In this document: positions 26,341 through 39,799 of the stretch, one piece after another
How the letters are laid out: every line of letters begins with the position of its first letter
Position numbering within the stretch: position 1 is the stretch's first letter
Assembly (NCBI GenBank): GCA_951406725.2
Contig: CATOCA020000004.1
Span: 434,001 to 498,000, forward strand
Direction: 5' to 3'
From: Octopus vulgaris
Lineage: Eukaryota
DNA length: 64,000 nucleotides
Translations under genes and position numbers: made by a program
Notes under the pieces: generated by a model
The model's database searches: none
Told to the model about the DNA's origin: nothing
The model's input: only the letters and a program-made list of their open reading frames with translations

Positions 26341-26660
26341 AGAGGGCGCGTGGCTTAGTGGTTAGGGCATTCGGCTCATGATCGTAAGGTTGTGAGTTCG
26401 ATTCCCGGCGACGCGTTGTGTCCTTGAGCAAGACACTTTATTTTCACGTTGCTCCAGTCCACTCAGCTGGCAAAAATGAGTTGTACTTGTATTTCAAAGG
26501 GTCAGCCTTGTCACTCTCTGTGTCACGCTGATTATCCCCGAGAACTACGTTAAGGGTACACGTGTCTGTGGAATGCTCAGCCATTTGCACGTTAATTTCA
26601 CGAGCAAGCTGTTCCGTTGATCGGATCAGCTGGGACCCTCGTCGTCGTAACCGGCGGAGT
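26341..26660 (+). mobile_element. SINE family 3, full length
   Basis: A box tggcttagtgg, B box gagttcgattcc, core gtccttgagcaagacactt. Confidence 0.85.
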
Positions 26661-26828
26661 CTTCAAGTCTCTGTTAAAAATGAGAATCGTGGGGTTGTAG
26701 ACCGCTTTACTTACATCAGCAGTGTGGTCCGTAGCTACATTCGCTACGAGTGCAAAGTCTTAAAAAGACTCGGATGTACTGCTCACTGGATACGAGTGTT
26801 CAGCTCTACCGCTATCTGAGCAGGAGAA

Positions 26829-28520
26829 GGCGGCAAGCTGGCAGAAACGTTAGCACGCCGGGCAAAATGCTTAGCGGTATTTCGTCTGCCGTTACGTTCT
26901 GGGTTCAAATTCCGCCGAGGTTGACTTTGCCTTTCATCCTTTCGGGGTCGATTAAATAAGTACCAGTTACGCACTGGGATGGATATAATCGACTTAATCC
27001 GTTTGTCTGTCCTTGTTTGTCCCCTCTGTGTTTAGCCCCTTGTAGGTAGTAAAGAAATAGGTATTTCGCCTGCCGCTACGTTCTGAGTTCAAATTCCGCT
27101 GAGGTCGACTTTGCCTTTCATCCTTTCAGGGTCGATGAATTATGTACCAGTTGCATACAGGGGATCGATCTAATGGACTGGCCCCCTCCCCAAAAATTTC
27201 GGGCCTCGTGCCTAGAGTAGACAAGAATAAGTAGACGGCGAGCTGGCAGAAACATTAGCACGCCGGGTGAAATGCTTAGCGGTATTTCGTCTGCCGCTAC
27301 GTTCTGAGTTCAAATTCCGCCGAGGTCGACTTTGCCTTTCATCCTTTCGGGATCGATTAAATAAGTACCAGTTACGCACTGGGGTCGATGTAGTAGACTT
27401 AATCCTTTTGTCTGTCCTTGTTTGTCCCCTCTGTGTTTAGCTCCTTGTAGGTAGTAAAGAAATAGGTATTTCGTCTGCCGCTACGTTCTGAGTTCAAATT
27501 CCGCCGAGGTCGACTTTGCCTTTCATCCTTTCGGGGTCAATTAAATAAGTACCAGTTACGCACTGGGGTCGATGTAGTAGACCTAATCCTTTTGTCTGTC
27601 CTTGTTTGTCCCCTCTGTGTTTAGCTCCTTGTGGGTAGTAAAGAAATAGGTATTTCGTCTGCCGCTACGTTCTGAGTTCAAATTCCGCCGAGGTCGACTT
27701 TGCCTTTCATCCTTTCGGGATCGATTAAATAAGTACCAGTTACGCACTGGGGTCGATGTAGTAGACTTAATTCATTTGTCTGTCCTTGTTTGTCCCCTCT
27801 GTGTTTAGCTCCTTGTGGGTAGTAAAGAAATAGGTATTTCGTCTTCTGTTACGTTCTGAGTTCAAATTCCGCCGAGGTCGACTTGCCTTTTATCCTTTCA
27901 GGGTCGATAAATTAAGTAACAGTTGCGTATTGGGGTGGATCTAATCGACTGGCATCTTCCCCAAAATTTCGGGCCTTGTACTTAGTGTATAAAAGAATCG
28001 TTGGCACACCAGGCAAGATACTAGCAGCATTTTGTCCGTCTCTACGTTCTGCGTTCAAATTTCGCTGAGGTCGACTTTTCCTTTCATCCTTTTTCGGGGT
28101 CGATAAAAAATTAAAAAAAAACAGTTGCTAGCTGGGGTCGATGTAATCATATAGCCACCTCCACCTACAAAATTTCCGCCCTAGTAACTATAGTAAAAAA
28201 GAATTCTATCGACATTATTGTTAAGGCGAAGGCGGCGAGCTGGCGGAATCGTTAGCACGCTGGATGGAATGCTTATCGGTATTTCGTCTGCCGTTACGTT
28301 GTGAGTTCAAATTCCGCCGAGGTCGACTTTGCCTTTCATCCTTTCGGGGTCGATAAATTAAGTACCAGTTACGCATTGGGGTCGATGTGATCGACTTAAT
28401 ACCTATGTCTGTCCTTGTTTGTCCCCTCTATGTTTAGCCCCTTATGGGTAGTAAAGAAATAGGTATTTAGCCCGTCGTTACGTTCTCCACCGCGGTCGAC
28501 TTTACCTATGATCTTTTCGG
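26829..28520 (+). mobile_element. Tandem cluster of SINE family 2 multimers
   Basis: Heads at ~26829, 27236, 28231; bodies repeated 2-4 times. Confidence 0.9.
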
Positions 28521-28563
28521 CGTGTATATGTATGTGTGTGGTGTACATATATATATATATATA

Positions 28564-28857
28564 TTAGAAGAAATGAGGTACTCAGAAATTCGGATGGTTT
28601 TATATTTACAGATATTTATTAGTATATTACATGTTTTTATACATCATATAACTTAGATCATATATTAGCGATTTCTCCCATTCTAGTGGGGTTTTCAAAT
28701 CGAACTAAGTTCCAAAGTTCGATTTAAGAACCCCACTAGAATGGGAGAAAGCACTAATACATGATCTAAGTTATATGATGTATAAAAACATGTAATATAC
28801 TAATAAATATCTGTAAATATAAAACCATCCGAATTTCTGAGTACCTCATTTCTTCTA

Positions 28858-28858
<1 letters not shown>
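28564..28858. mobile_element. Palindromic foldback/MITE-like element in (TA)n
   Basis: ~140-bp arms; outer ~95 bp perfectly complementary; centre near 28711. Confidence 0.9.
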
Positions 28859-28896
<38 letters not shown>

Positions 28897-29127
28897 GATG
28901 TATACATATGTATGCAGCACGGAATTTTGTCAGTGAACAGGTTGCAGTCTCAAAGCGACGAACATATTTTGACGAATTAAATTTAAATGTGAATCTAACG
29001 GTTTTTGTGCGTTTCTTAAATGGCTTATAAACACCTTCCACGCTTGTTTTAGCACACGATGTAAGATCAGGTCACATGCTATGCAAGTACATCTCCGTTA
29101 TACATATATAATGTGTGTGTGTATGTA

Positions 29128-29525
29128 GGCGCCAGCGTGGCTGTGTTGTAAAAGATTTGCTTCCCAACCACATGGTTCCGGGTTCAGTCCCACTGCGTGG
29201 CACCTTGGGCAAGTTTTTTCTACTATAGCCTGGGGCCGACCAAAGCCTTGTGAGTGAATTTGGTAGACGGAAACTGAAAGAAGACCATCGTATGTATATG
29301 TATATCTGTGTTTGTGTTTGCCCCCCACCCATCACCGCTTGACAACCGGTGTTCGTGTGTTTACGTCCCCGTAACCGAGCGGTTCGGAAAAAGACATCGA
29401 TAGAATAAAGTCTTAGGCTTCAAAAATAAGTCCTACGGTACGATTTGTTCGACTAAAATACTTCCATGCGGTGCTCCTGCGTGGCCGCAGTCAAACGACT
29501 CAAACAAGTGAAAGAAAAAAGAATA
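29128..29525 (+). mobile_element. SINE family 1 (older copy)
   Basis: Head and tail recognisable. Confidence 0.8.
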
Positions 29526-29684
29526 ACAGAATTATAATATATATATTATATAGGCGCAGGAGTGTTTAGGTCCCCGTCACTTAGCGGTTCGGCAAAAAGA
29601 GACCGATAGAATAAGTACTAAAGGTGGTGCTCCAGCATGGCCGCAGTCAAATGACTGAAACAACTAAAAGAGTAAAAAGAGGGA

Positions 29685-30630
29685 GTATATATGTGTGTGT
29701 GTATGTATATACATGTGTATATGTATGTATGTACGTAAATGTTTGTTTGTGCGTATATATGTGTCTATGTATATATGCATGTGTGTACGTATATATTGTA
29801 TGCATGAATGTATGTATGTATGCGTATATGTATGTATTTATGTATGTATGTATTATTGTGTAGATTTATGTATATATGTGTATGTATGTGTTACTGTATG
29901 TATGTATGTACGTATGTATGTATGTATGTATGTATATATATGTGTGTGTGTATTTATGTCTATATGTATGTATTTATCTCTAGATGTATGTATGTATATA
30001 TGTATGTGTGTATTTATGTATATATGTATGTGTGTATTTATGTATATATGTATGTGTGTATTTATGTATATATGTGTGTATGTATATATGTATGTGTGTA
30101 TTTATGTATATATGTATGTATATATATATATATATGAGTGTGTCTATTTATGTATGTGTGTATTTATGCCTATATGTATGTATTTATGTATATATATGTA
30201 TGCGTGTATATATGTATGTATATATGTATGTTTGTGTGTATTTATGTATATATATATGTGTGTGTATTTATGTATATATGTATGTGTGTATATATGTATG
30301 TGTGTGTGTATGTATGCGTGTGTGTATATATGTATGTATGTATGTATGTATATATGTATATGTGTATTTATGTATGTATATATGTATGTGTGTATATATG
30401 TATGTATGTGTGTATTTATGTATATATGTATGTGTGTATATATGCATGTGTGTATGTATGTATATATATATGTGTGTGTGTGTGTATTTATGTCTATGTA
30501 TGTATTTATGTATATCTATATATGTGTATTTATGTATATATGTATGTGTATATATGTATGTGTGTATCTGTGTGTATACAATATATGTATAGGTATGTAT
30601 ATGTACGTCTGTGTATATATGTAGGCATGT
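29685..30630. repeat. GT/TA/GTAT compound microsatellite
   Basis: Direct. Confidence 0.95.
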
Positions 30631-31199
30631 ATATTGGCCGTATCCTTACTATCTGACGTTTCAATTAACACAGCTCCTATGACAAAGAGCTTACAAGACA
30701 ACAAATCCTAATTTAGAGCACGAGGTCAAAGGTCGGCAGTGATCACCTCCTACGCCCTCCCCCCCCTCGTCTATGGTGTCCCTCAATTGCCACCTGTCAC
30801 CCCAACCTCCACCCTGGCCCTTATCTATGTTAATCTATCAGTAAAATATAATTGTTTTTATTGCTTCAATTACTTCCTGGTTTTATCTGATTAATATTTA
30901 TATATGTATGTATATATGCATGGATATAGTGTATTTCTGTGTGTGTGTATTGATATACATACATACATATATATATATACACGCACATAGGCACACATGT
31001 ACGTACAAGAATTGTGGTGTGGGCTAAATTTCTTTGGGAATATTATGTGGCTGTGTGGTAAGAAGCTTGCTTACTAATCACATGGTTCCGGGTTCAGTCC
31101 CACAGCGTGGCACCTTGGGAGCTGTCTTCGACTATAGCCTCGGACCGACCAGTGCCTTGTGAGTGGATTTGGTAGACGGAAACTGAAAGAAACCTGTCT

Positions 31200-31414
31200 T
31201 ATCCATCCATCCATCCACCTATCCACCTATCTACCTACCTATCTACCTACCTATCTATCTACCTATCTATCTACCTACCTATCTACCTATCTATCTATCT
31301 ATCTATCTATCTATCAATCTATCCACCTATGTATCTATCTATCTATCTATCCATCTACCTATCTATCTCTCTTTCTATGTCTATCTATCCATCCATCCAT
31401 CTACCTATCTCTCC

Positions 31415-31450
<36 letters not shown>

Positions 31451-32510
31451 GTAGACGACGGTGAACAGGTGTGGTCGCCGTTTGTGAGGCACGCTTTCCA
31501 CCCATCCATCTATGTATCTATCCATCCATCCATCTATGTATCTATCCATCCATCCATCTATATATCTATCCATCCATCTATCTATATATCTATCCATCCA
31601 TCTATGTATCTATCTATCCATCCATCTATATATCTATCCATCCATCCATCTATATATCTATCCACCCATCCATCTATGTATCTATCTATCCATCCATCTA
31701 TATATCTATCCATCCATCCATCTATATATCTATCCACCCATCCATCTATGTATCTATCTATCCATCCATCTATATATCTATCCATCCATCTATCTATATA
31801 TCTATCCATCCATCTATGTATCTATCTATCCATCCATCTATATATCTATCCATCCATCCATCTATATATCTATCCACCCATCCATCTATGTATCTATCTA
31901 TCCATCTATCTATATATCTATCCATCCATCCATCTATATATCTATCCACCCATCCATCTATGTATCTATCTATCCATCTATCTATATATCTATCCATCCA
32001 TCCATCTATATATCTATCCACCCATCCATCTATGTATCTATCTATCCATCCATCTATATATCTATCCATCCATCTATCTATATATCTATCCATCAATCTA
32101 TGTATCTATCTATCCATCCATCTATATATCTATCCATCCATCCATCTATATATCTATCCACCCATCCATCTATGTATCTATCTATCCATCTATCTATCTA
32201 TCCATCCATCCATCTATCTATCCACCCATCCATCTATGTATCTATCTATCCATCTATCTATATATCTATCCATCCATCCATCTATATATCTATCCATCCA
32301 TCCATCTATATATCTATCCACCCATCCATCTATGTATCTATCTATCCATCTATCTATATATCTATCCATCCATCTATCTATGTATCTATCCACCCATCTA
32401 CGTATCTATCTATCCATCTACGTATATATCTATCCATCCATCCATGTATCTATCTGTCCATCCATCTATCTTATCTATCTATCTATATATCTATCTATCT
32501 ATCTATCCAG
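31200..32510. repeat. (TCCA/TCTA)n microsatellite with higher-order periodicity
   Basis: Direct. Confidence 0.95.
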
Positions 32511-33243
32511 ATATTTAGATAGATGTGTCTCCATGTGCGTGTGTCATTGTGCAAGTAAGAACCGTGCATGTGACACCACTTGATAGCCGGCGTTGGTTTG
32601 TTTATGTCCCTGTGACCTAGCGGGTCAGCAAAATAGCCCGATAGAATAAGTACCTGCGTTAAAAAAACCCAGAAAGTAGTGGGGTCGATTCATTCAAGGC
32701 GGTGCCCCAGTATGACCGCAGTCCAATGACCGAAACAAAGGACATATATACATACATACTGATGTCTATATTAACTTTATATACACGTGTGTGACTTTGT
32801 GTCTGTTTGTCCTCCCACTGTCGCATGATAATCGGTGTGGGTGTGTTTACGTTCCTTTCAACTAGCGGTTCGGCAAAAGCGACTGACAGAATACTCTTTT
32901 ACCTTGTTTCAGTCATTTGACTGCGGCCATGCTGGAGCACCGCCTTTAGTGGAGCAAATCGACCCCCCCCCCCCGGACTTTTTCTTTGGAAGCCAAGTAC
33001 TTATTCTATCGGGTCTCTTTTGCCGAACCGCTAAGTGACGGGGAAGTAAACACACCAACATCGGTTGTCAAGCGACACTTGCCCAAGGTGCCACACAGTA
33101 GCAGGCTTTAAGAAAAAAACAAAAAAAAACAAGCTAGAAGTACCGGGCTCGATTCTTTCAACTAAAATTTCTCACTGTGATGCCCCAGCATGGCCGTAGT
33201 CTAATCACTAAAACAAGTACAACAAAAAAAAGAAAGAAAAACC

Positions 33244-33362
33244 AGGAGTGGCTGTGTGGTAAGTAGCTTGCTAACCAACCACATGGTTCCGGGTTCAGCC
33301 CCGGCCCGACCAATGCCTTATGAGTGGATTTGGTAGACGGAAACTGAAAGAAGCCTGTCGTA

Positions 33363-33419
<57 letters not shown>

Positions 33420-33587
33420 GCGCAGGAGTGGCTGTATGGTAAGTAGCTTGTTTACCAACCACATTGTTCCGGGTTCAGTCCCACTGCGTGGCATCTTGGG
33501 TAAGTGTCTTCTACTATAGCCTCAGGCCGACCAAAGCCTTGTGTGTGGATTTGGTGGACGGAAACTGAAAGAAGCCCGTCGTATATG

Positions 33588-33622
<35 letters not shown>

Positions 33623-33827
33623 TTGTCCCCCTAGCATTGCTTGACAACCGATGCTGGTGTGTTTACGTCCCCGTCACTTAGCGGTTCGGCAAAAAGAGAC
33701 CGATAGAATAAGTACTAGGCTTACAAAAAAGAATAAGTCCCGGGGTCGATTTGCTCTCGACTAAAAAAAGCCATACTCCAGCATGGCCGCAGTCAAGTGA
33801 CTGAAACAAGTAAAAGAGTAAAAGAGA
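33244..33827 (+). mobile_element. SINE family 1 (partial plus full copy)
   Basis: Heads at ~33244 and ~33419; tail at ~33780-33827. Confidence 0.88.
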
Positions 33828-35697
33828 TTTCAATACAAGAAAAAAAAAAAAACGGAAGAAACAAAACGTCTGAGAAAACGAATTTTTCGTCAGTAACGAA
33901 CAGTGATGAGTTTATTGTTTTAAACGATGTATTATTATCAATTTCCCCTTCTCTATCTCACATCTGGGTCTTGTAAGCGCGGATAGATTCAACTCCCTTC
34001 ATTTCCAAACTTTATTTTCGTGTGTCGTCTGCTAGTTATTCAGTTTGGCGCGCAATTGTCTCTCCATCAGATAAGAAGATAGCGGACATATTTTACAACA
34101 GATATATGTGTTAAAATCACGCCATCGCCGAGCTGGCTTGTTTTATTTTTACGTTTTCACAAACCCTCAGGGTATCCATAAATCATCCACGTCTCTCGCC
34201 TTTTACGTGTGAACCTGTACTCTTTTTTTATATTGCCTTCGTTTCAATCATTTGGCTGCGGCCATGCTGGGGCACAGTATGTCATGTTGAACAGCAGTCC
34301 ACAACCAATTTTATGGCATGGCCATCCATGATAATTTTTCCACGGACGCAAAAAGCTACCACGGACATAACAAACCACAGTAAAGGGCTTAATAAATATA
34401 TATATAGGGTAAAGACCCCCTTCGGTCATGAATGACCATGGGATTGCACCTAGAAAGTTACCCTCCTAGACACAAGTCCGGGCAAGGTTGTTTATGGAAG
34501 GCCAGCAGTCGCCCATGCATACCAGCCTCCCCTCTCCACGCCACCAGTGTTGTCCAAGGGAAATTTGCTACCCAGGTATCGGTTAACCGAATTATCTATA
34601 ATAAGATAATTCATTCAACTACTCAAATATATATATATATACTCTTTTACCTGTTTCAGTCATTTGACTGTGGCCATGCTGGAGCACCGCCTTTTAGTCG
34701 AGCAAATCGACTCCAGGACTTATTCTTTGTAAGCCTAGTACTTATTCTATCGGTCTCTTTTGCCGAACCACTAAGATACGGGGACGTAAACACACCAGCA
34801 TCGGTTGCCAAGCGATGCTGGGAGGACAAACAGACACACAAACATACACACACACACACAGACAGACACACACACACACACACACCTATATATATATATA
34901 TATACATAAATACACATATACAACGGGCTTCTTCTAGTTTCCATTTACCAATTCCACTCACAAGGCTTTGGTCGGCCTGAGGCTATAGTAGAAGACGCTT
35001 GCCCAAGGTGCCACACAGTGGGACTAAACCCGCGACCATGTGGTCAGTAAGCAAGCTACTTACCACACAGCCACACCTGCGCCTCTCTCTATATATATTC
35101 TTTTATTCTTTTACTTGTTTCGGTCATTTGACTTTGGCCATGTTGGAGCACCGTCTTAAATGGTCTTTTAGTCGAAGAAATCGACCCGAGGACTATATTC
35201 TTTGTAAGCCTTAGTACTCATTCTATCGGACTATTTTGCCGAACTGCTAAGTTACAGGGATGTAAACACACAAACATTATTAGCTTTTTAGCGATGGTAA
35301 CGCGATGGGGAGCAAACATAGACACACTCACACACACACACACATAAATACAAGGGGCTTCTTTCAGTTTCCGTTTGCCAAATCTGACACTTGCCCAAGG
35401 TGCCATGCAGTGCGACTGAACCTGGAACCATGTGGTTGCGTGGCAAGCTTCTTACCACCCAGCCACGCTGGTCCTTCCCTTTATTTCTCTAAGACCACAT
35501 TCAGTCACTAGGCTACGGCCATGCTGGATCACTTGCTCTGAATGGATTTTACTTGATTTAATCAATTCACTGCCACCACCACCATCATCATCATCAACAT
35601 CAACAACAAGTCTTCTTTCTGTTATTTAATTTATTGCTTTTTTCAATAAACCAAGTTAAGTAAAAGTAGACACAGAGACAGAAATATGGATGGATAA

Positions 35698-35752
<55 letters not shown>

Positions 35753-35764
35753 CACACACACACA

Positions 35765-35809
<45 letters not shown>

Positions 35810-35819
<10 letters not shown>

Positions 35820-36530
35820 TATATTATATTATATATATATATATATTATATTATATATATATATATATTATATTATATTATATATATATTATATTATATT
35901 ATATATATATATATATATATTATATTATATTATATTATATATATATATATTATATTATATATATATATATATATATTATATTATATATATATATATTATA
36001 TTATATATATATTATATTATATTATATATATATATATATTATATTATATTATATTATATATATATATATATATTATATTATATTATATATATATTATATT
36101 ATATTATATATATATATATTATATTATATATATATTATATTATATTATATATATATATATATTATATTATATTATATTATATATATATATATATTATATT
36201 ATATTATATATATATATATATATTATATTATATTATATTATATATATATTACATATATTATATTATATATATATTACATATATTATATTATATATATATT
36301 ACTTATATTATATATATATTACATATATTATATTATATATATATTACTTATATTATATATATATTACATATATTATATCATATTATATTATATATATATT
36401 ATATCATATTATATTATATATATATTATATTATATTATATATATATTATATTATATTATATTATATATATATTATATTATATTATATTATATATATATTA
36501 TATTATATATTTTATTATATTATATTATAT
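35810..36530. repeat. AT-only (TA/TTATA)n expansion, left arm only
   Basis: Direct. Confidence 0.95.
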
Positions 36531-36537
36531 ACACATA

Positions 36538-36855
36538 TTGGGTTGGCAACTAAGTTTCTTTAAATTTTGGAATTTATTGCGTTTTTAAATTTTGGAATAC
36601 AGTTTTTTTCAAGAATTCTATCTTTGTATCATTTTGGAATCGATTTTGTTTTTTTTGTTTTTCTAGTTAATTATAATTTATTTTTGTTTATTTTCAGATC
36701 ATTAAAATGGGATGTCAAGTTAAGAAAAACGAGCATTTTCAACACCTGCTTCTTTTTGAGTGAAAACCTTTTAATCAAGGTTCATAGGCTGCGAAAGCTG
36801 CTCACTACATTTGTGCTGTGTATGGAGTGGGTGCCATAGCTGAAAGAACTGCACC
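36538..36855 (+). mobile_element. mariner transposon 5' end (TIR plus pseudogenised transposase N-terminus)
   Basis: TA|TTGGGTTGGCAACTAAG; ATG at 36707: MGCQVKKNEHFQHLLLF..AAKAAHYICAVYGVGAIAERTA with stops. Confidence 0.85.
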
Positions 36856-37703
36856 CAACACCAGAGCAGAAGATACCTCCGGTAGAGGAATAGGGGCCAA
36901 AAGCGGACATGGTTCCTCCTGATGATGTCTTGAGCTAGCTGGATCCTATAAAGGAGCTGTTGTGGTAGCAGACCACGAAACACGGTTGTAATTCCTCAGT
37001 ATATATGAGAGGATTCTTTTAGTTCCCATTTACCAAGTTCACCAATCTGGGGCTAAAGTAGATGCTTGCCTAGGGTGCTAAGCAGTGGGACTGAACCACC
37101 CAACACCAGATCTGAAGACACCTCCGAAAGGTGGGGCTCCCCACCACTCCACTGCTCTTGAAATTCCTCTATCTGCAAGGACATCCAAACAGATCCCTAA
37201 TTTGGGAGAGTAAACAAACAGAGATACGTAAAACCTTTTTCCGTGATTGTTATTGATCTTCAGCTAGGATAGGTTTAAATATCTCATTTTTTCACTCTAT
37301 TTCTGTGACTTGGGTTTCAAATCCTTCCCAGTCTAAAAGTAATTTTTTTTGTTATTAACTGAAATAAATTTAAATATCTTTATTTTCCCTTTAACATTGT
37401 TGCTGCTTTGTCTGTTAAATGGTGGTTTGGGTTTCAATTCCTTCCCAGTCAAAAAGTAATTTTTTTTTTTGTTATTAACTGAAATAAATTGAAATATCTT
37501 TATTTTCCTGTTAACATTGTTTCTGCTTTGTCTGTTAAATTGTGGTTTTTGTTTCAATTCCTTCCCAGTCTAAAAATTATTTTCTTGTTATTGAGTGAAG
37601 TATTATGATTATAGACAAGTGGCTAGAGATGGTCACAACTGGAGTGTCGTTAATTATAATTGGTCTGGTAGAGTAGAACTAATCTGGAGTAAACAATGAA
37701 GCA

Positions 37704-37749
<46 letters not shown>

Positions 37750-37974
37750 AATGGGTCTCAAGACAGCCTTGCTATAGTTACCAAATCTTTTCATTAGGCA
37801 CAAAAATTTAAAAAAACTTAAATATCTTTATTTTTTTTTACCCTTTAACATTGTTACTGCTTTGTCTGTTAAATGGTGGTTTGGGTTTCAATTCCTTCCC
37901 AGTCTAAAAATTATTTTTCATTAACTGAAATTGGTCTGGTGGTGTAGAACTAATCTGGAGCAAACAATGACGCA

Positions 37975-38014
<40 letters not shown>

Positions 38015-38354
38015 AATGGGTCTCAAGACAGCCTTGCTATAGTTACCAAATCCTTTCATTAGGCACAAAAATTTAACTAAGTTTAAATATCTTTATTTTT
38101 TTTTACCCTTTAACATTGTTGCTGCTTTGTCTGTGGTTTGGGTTTCAATTCCTTCCCAGTCTAAAAATTATAATTTATTAACTGAAATTGGTCTGGTGGA
38201 GTAGAACTGATCTGGAGTAAACAACGAAGCATAGAGTGTGTGTGAAAAACGGATCTCAAGACAGCCTTGCCATAATTACCAAATTTAAATAAATTTAAAT
38301 ATCTTTATTTTTTTTTTACTCCTTAACATTGTTGCTGCTTTGTCTGTTCAAAAG

Positions 38355-38688
38355 TGGTTTGAGTTTCAATGTCTTCCCAGTCTAAAAGTAATTTTATTTT
38401 GGTGGTATGGGTTTCAATGTGTTCCCAGTCTAAAAGTAATTTTTTTTTGGTGGTTTGGGTTTCAATGTCTTCCCAGTCTAAAAGTAATTTTATTTTGGTG
38501 GTCTGGGTTTCAATGTCTTCCCAGTCTAAAAGTAATTTTATTTTGGTGGTCTGGGTTTCAATGTGTTCCCAGTCTAAAAGTAATTTTATTTTGGTGGTCT
38601 GGGTTTCAATGTGTTCCCAGTCTAAAAGTAATTTTTTTTTGGTGGTTTGGGTTTCAATGTCTTCCCAGTCTAAAAGTAATTTTTTTTC
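38355..38688. repeat. 48-bp minisatellite, 7 copies, left arm only
   Basis: ggtggtYtgggtttcaatgtSttcccagtctaaaagtaattttWtttt. Confidence 0.92.
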
Positions 38689-38739
38689 TTACTTACAGAA
38701 ATAGATTTAAATATCTGAATTTTTCCTTTAATTTTGTAG

Positions 38740-38942
38740 CAGCTTCTGTGGCCTAGTAGGTAAGGTGCTAGATGTAGTGGCATAATAATGGTTGAGGTTT
38801 CAAACCTCTGCCAGGAAATTCATTTTTTTTTCCACTAGAGACAAAAAAGTGAAAAATCTTGATTTCCTGGCAGAGGCTTGAAACCTCAACCATTATTATG
38901 CCACTACTTCTACAACCTTACCTACTAGGCCACAGAAGCTGC
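38740..38942. other. Convergent pair of tRNA-like (Pol III A/B-box) units at palindrome centre
   Basis: A-box-like tggcctagtagg, B-box-like ggtttcaaacc, then a T run; mirrored copy at 38860-38942. Confidence 0.55.
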
Positions 38943-39141
38943 TACAAAATTAATGGAAAAATTCATATATTTAAATCTATTTTTGTAAATAACAAAAAAA
39001 ATTACTTTTAGACTGGGAAGGAATTGAAACCCAAACCACCATTTAACAGACAAAGCAGCAACAATGTTAAGGAGTAAAAAAAAATAAAGATATTTAAATT
39101 TATTTAAATTTGGTAATTATGGCAAGGCTGTCTTGAGACCC

Positions 39142-39179
<38 letters not shown>

Positions 39180-39634
39180 GCGTCATTGTTTACTCCAGAT
39201 CAGTTCTACTCCACCAGACCAATTTCAGTTAATGAAAAATAATTTTTAGACTGGGAAGGAATTGAAACCCAAACCACCATTTAACAGACAAAGCAGTAAC
39301 AATGTTAAAGGGTAAAAAAATAAAGATATTTAAATTTATTTAAATTTTTGTGCCTAATGAAAAGATTTGGTAACTATGAGACCCATTTTTCACACACACA
39401 CACACACTATGCTTCGTTGTTTACTCCAGATCAGTTCTACTCCACCAGACCAATTTCAGTTATAAAAAAAATAATTTTTAGACTGAGAAGGATTTGAAAC
39501 CCTAACCACCATTTAACAGACAAAGCAGCAACAATGTTATGGGGTAAAAAAAAATAAAGATATTTAAATTTATTTGAATTTTTGTGCTTAATGAAAAGAT
39601 TTGGTAACTATGGCAAGACTGTCTTGAGACCCAT

Positions 39635-39676
<42 letters not shown>

Positions 39677-39799
39677 TGCTTCATTGTTTACTCCAGATTA
39701 GTTCTACTCTGCCAGGCCAATTATAATAAACGACACTCCCATTGTGACCATCTCTAGCCACTTGTCTATAATCATAATACTTCACTTAATAGCAAGAAA

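Noticed and set aside
36771-36983. Thrice-repeated ORF MF(R/C)GLLPQQLLYRIQLAQD (also 42179, 42457)
   Set aside because: Repetition results from the palindrome and a local duplication; partly antisense to mariner; no domain recognised
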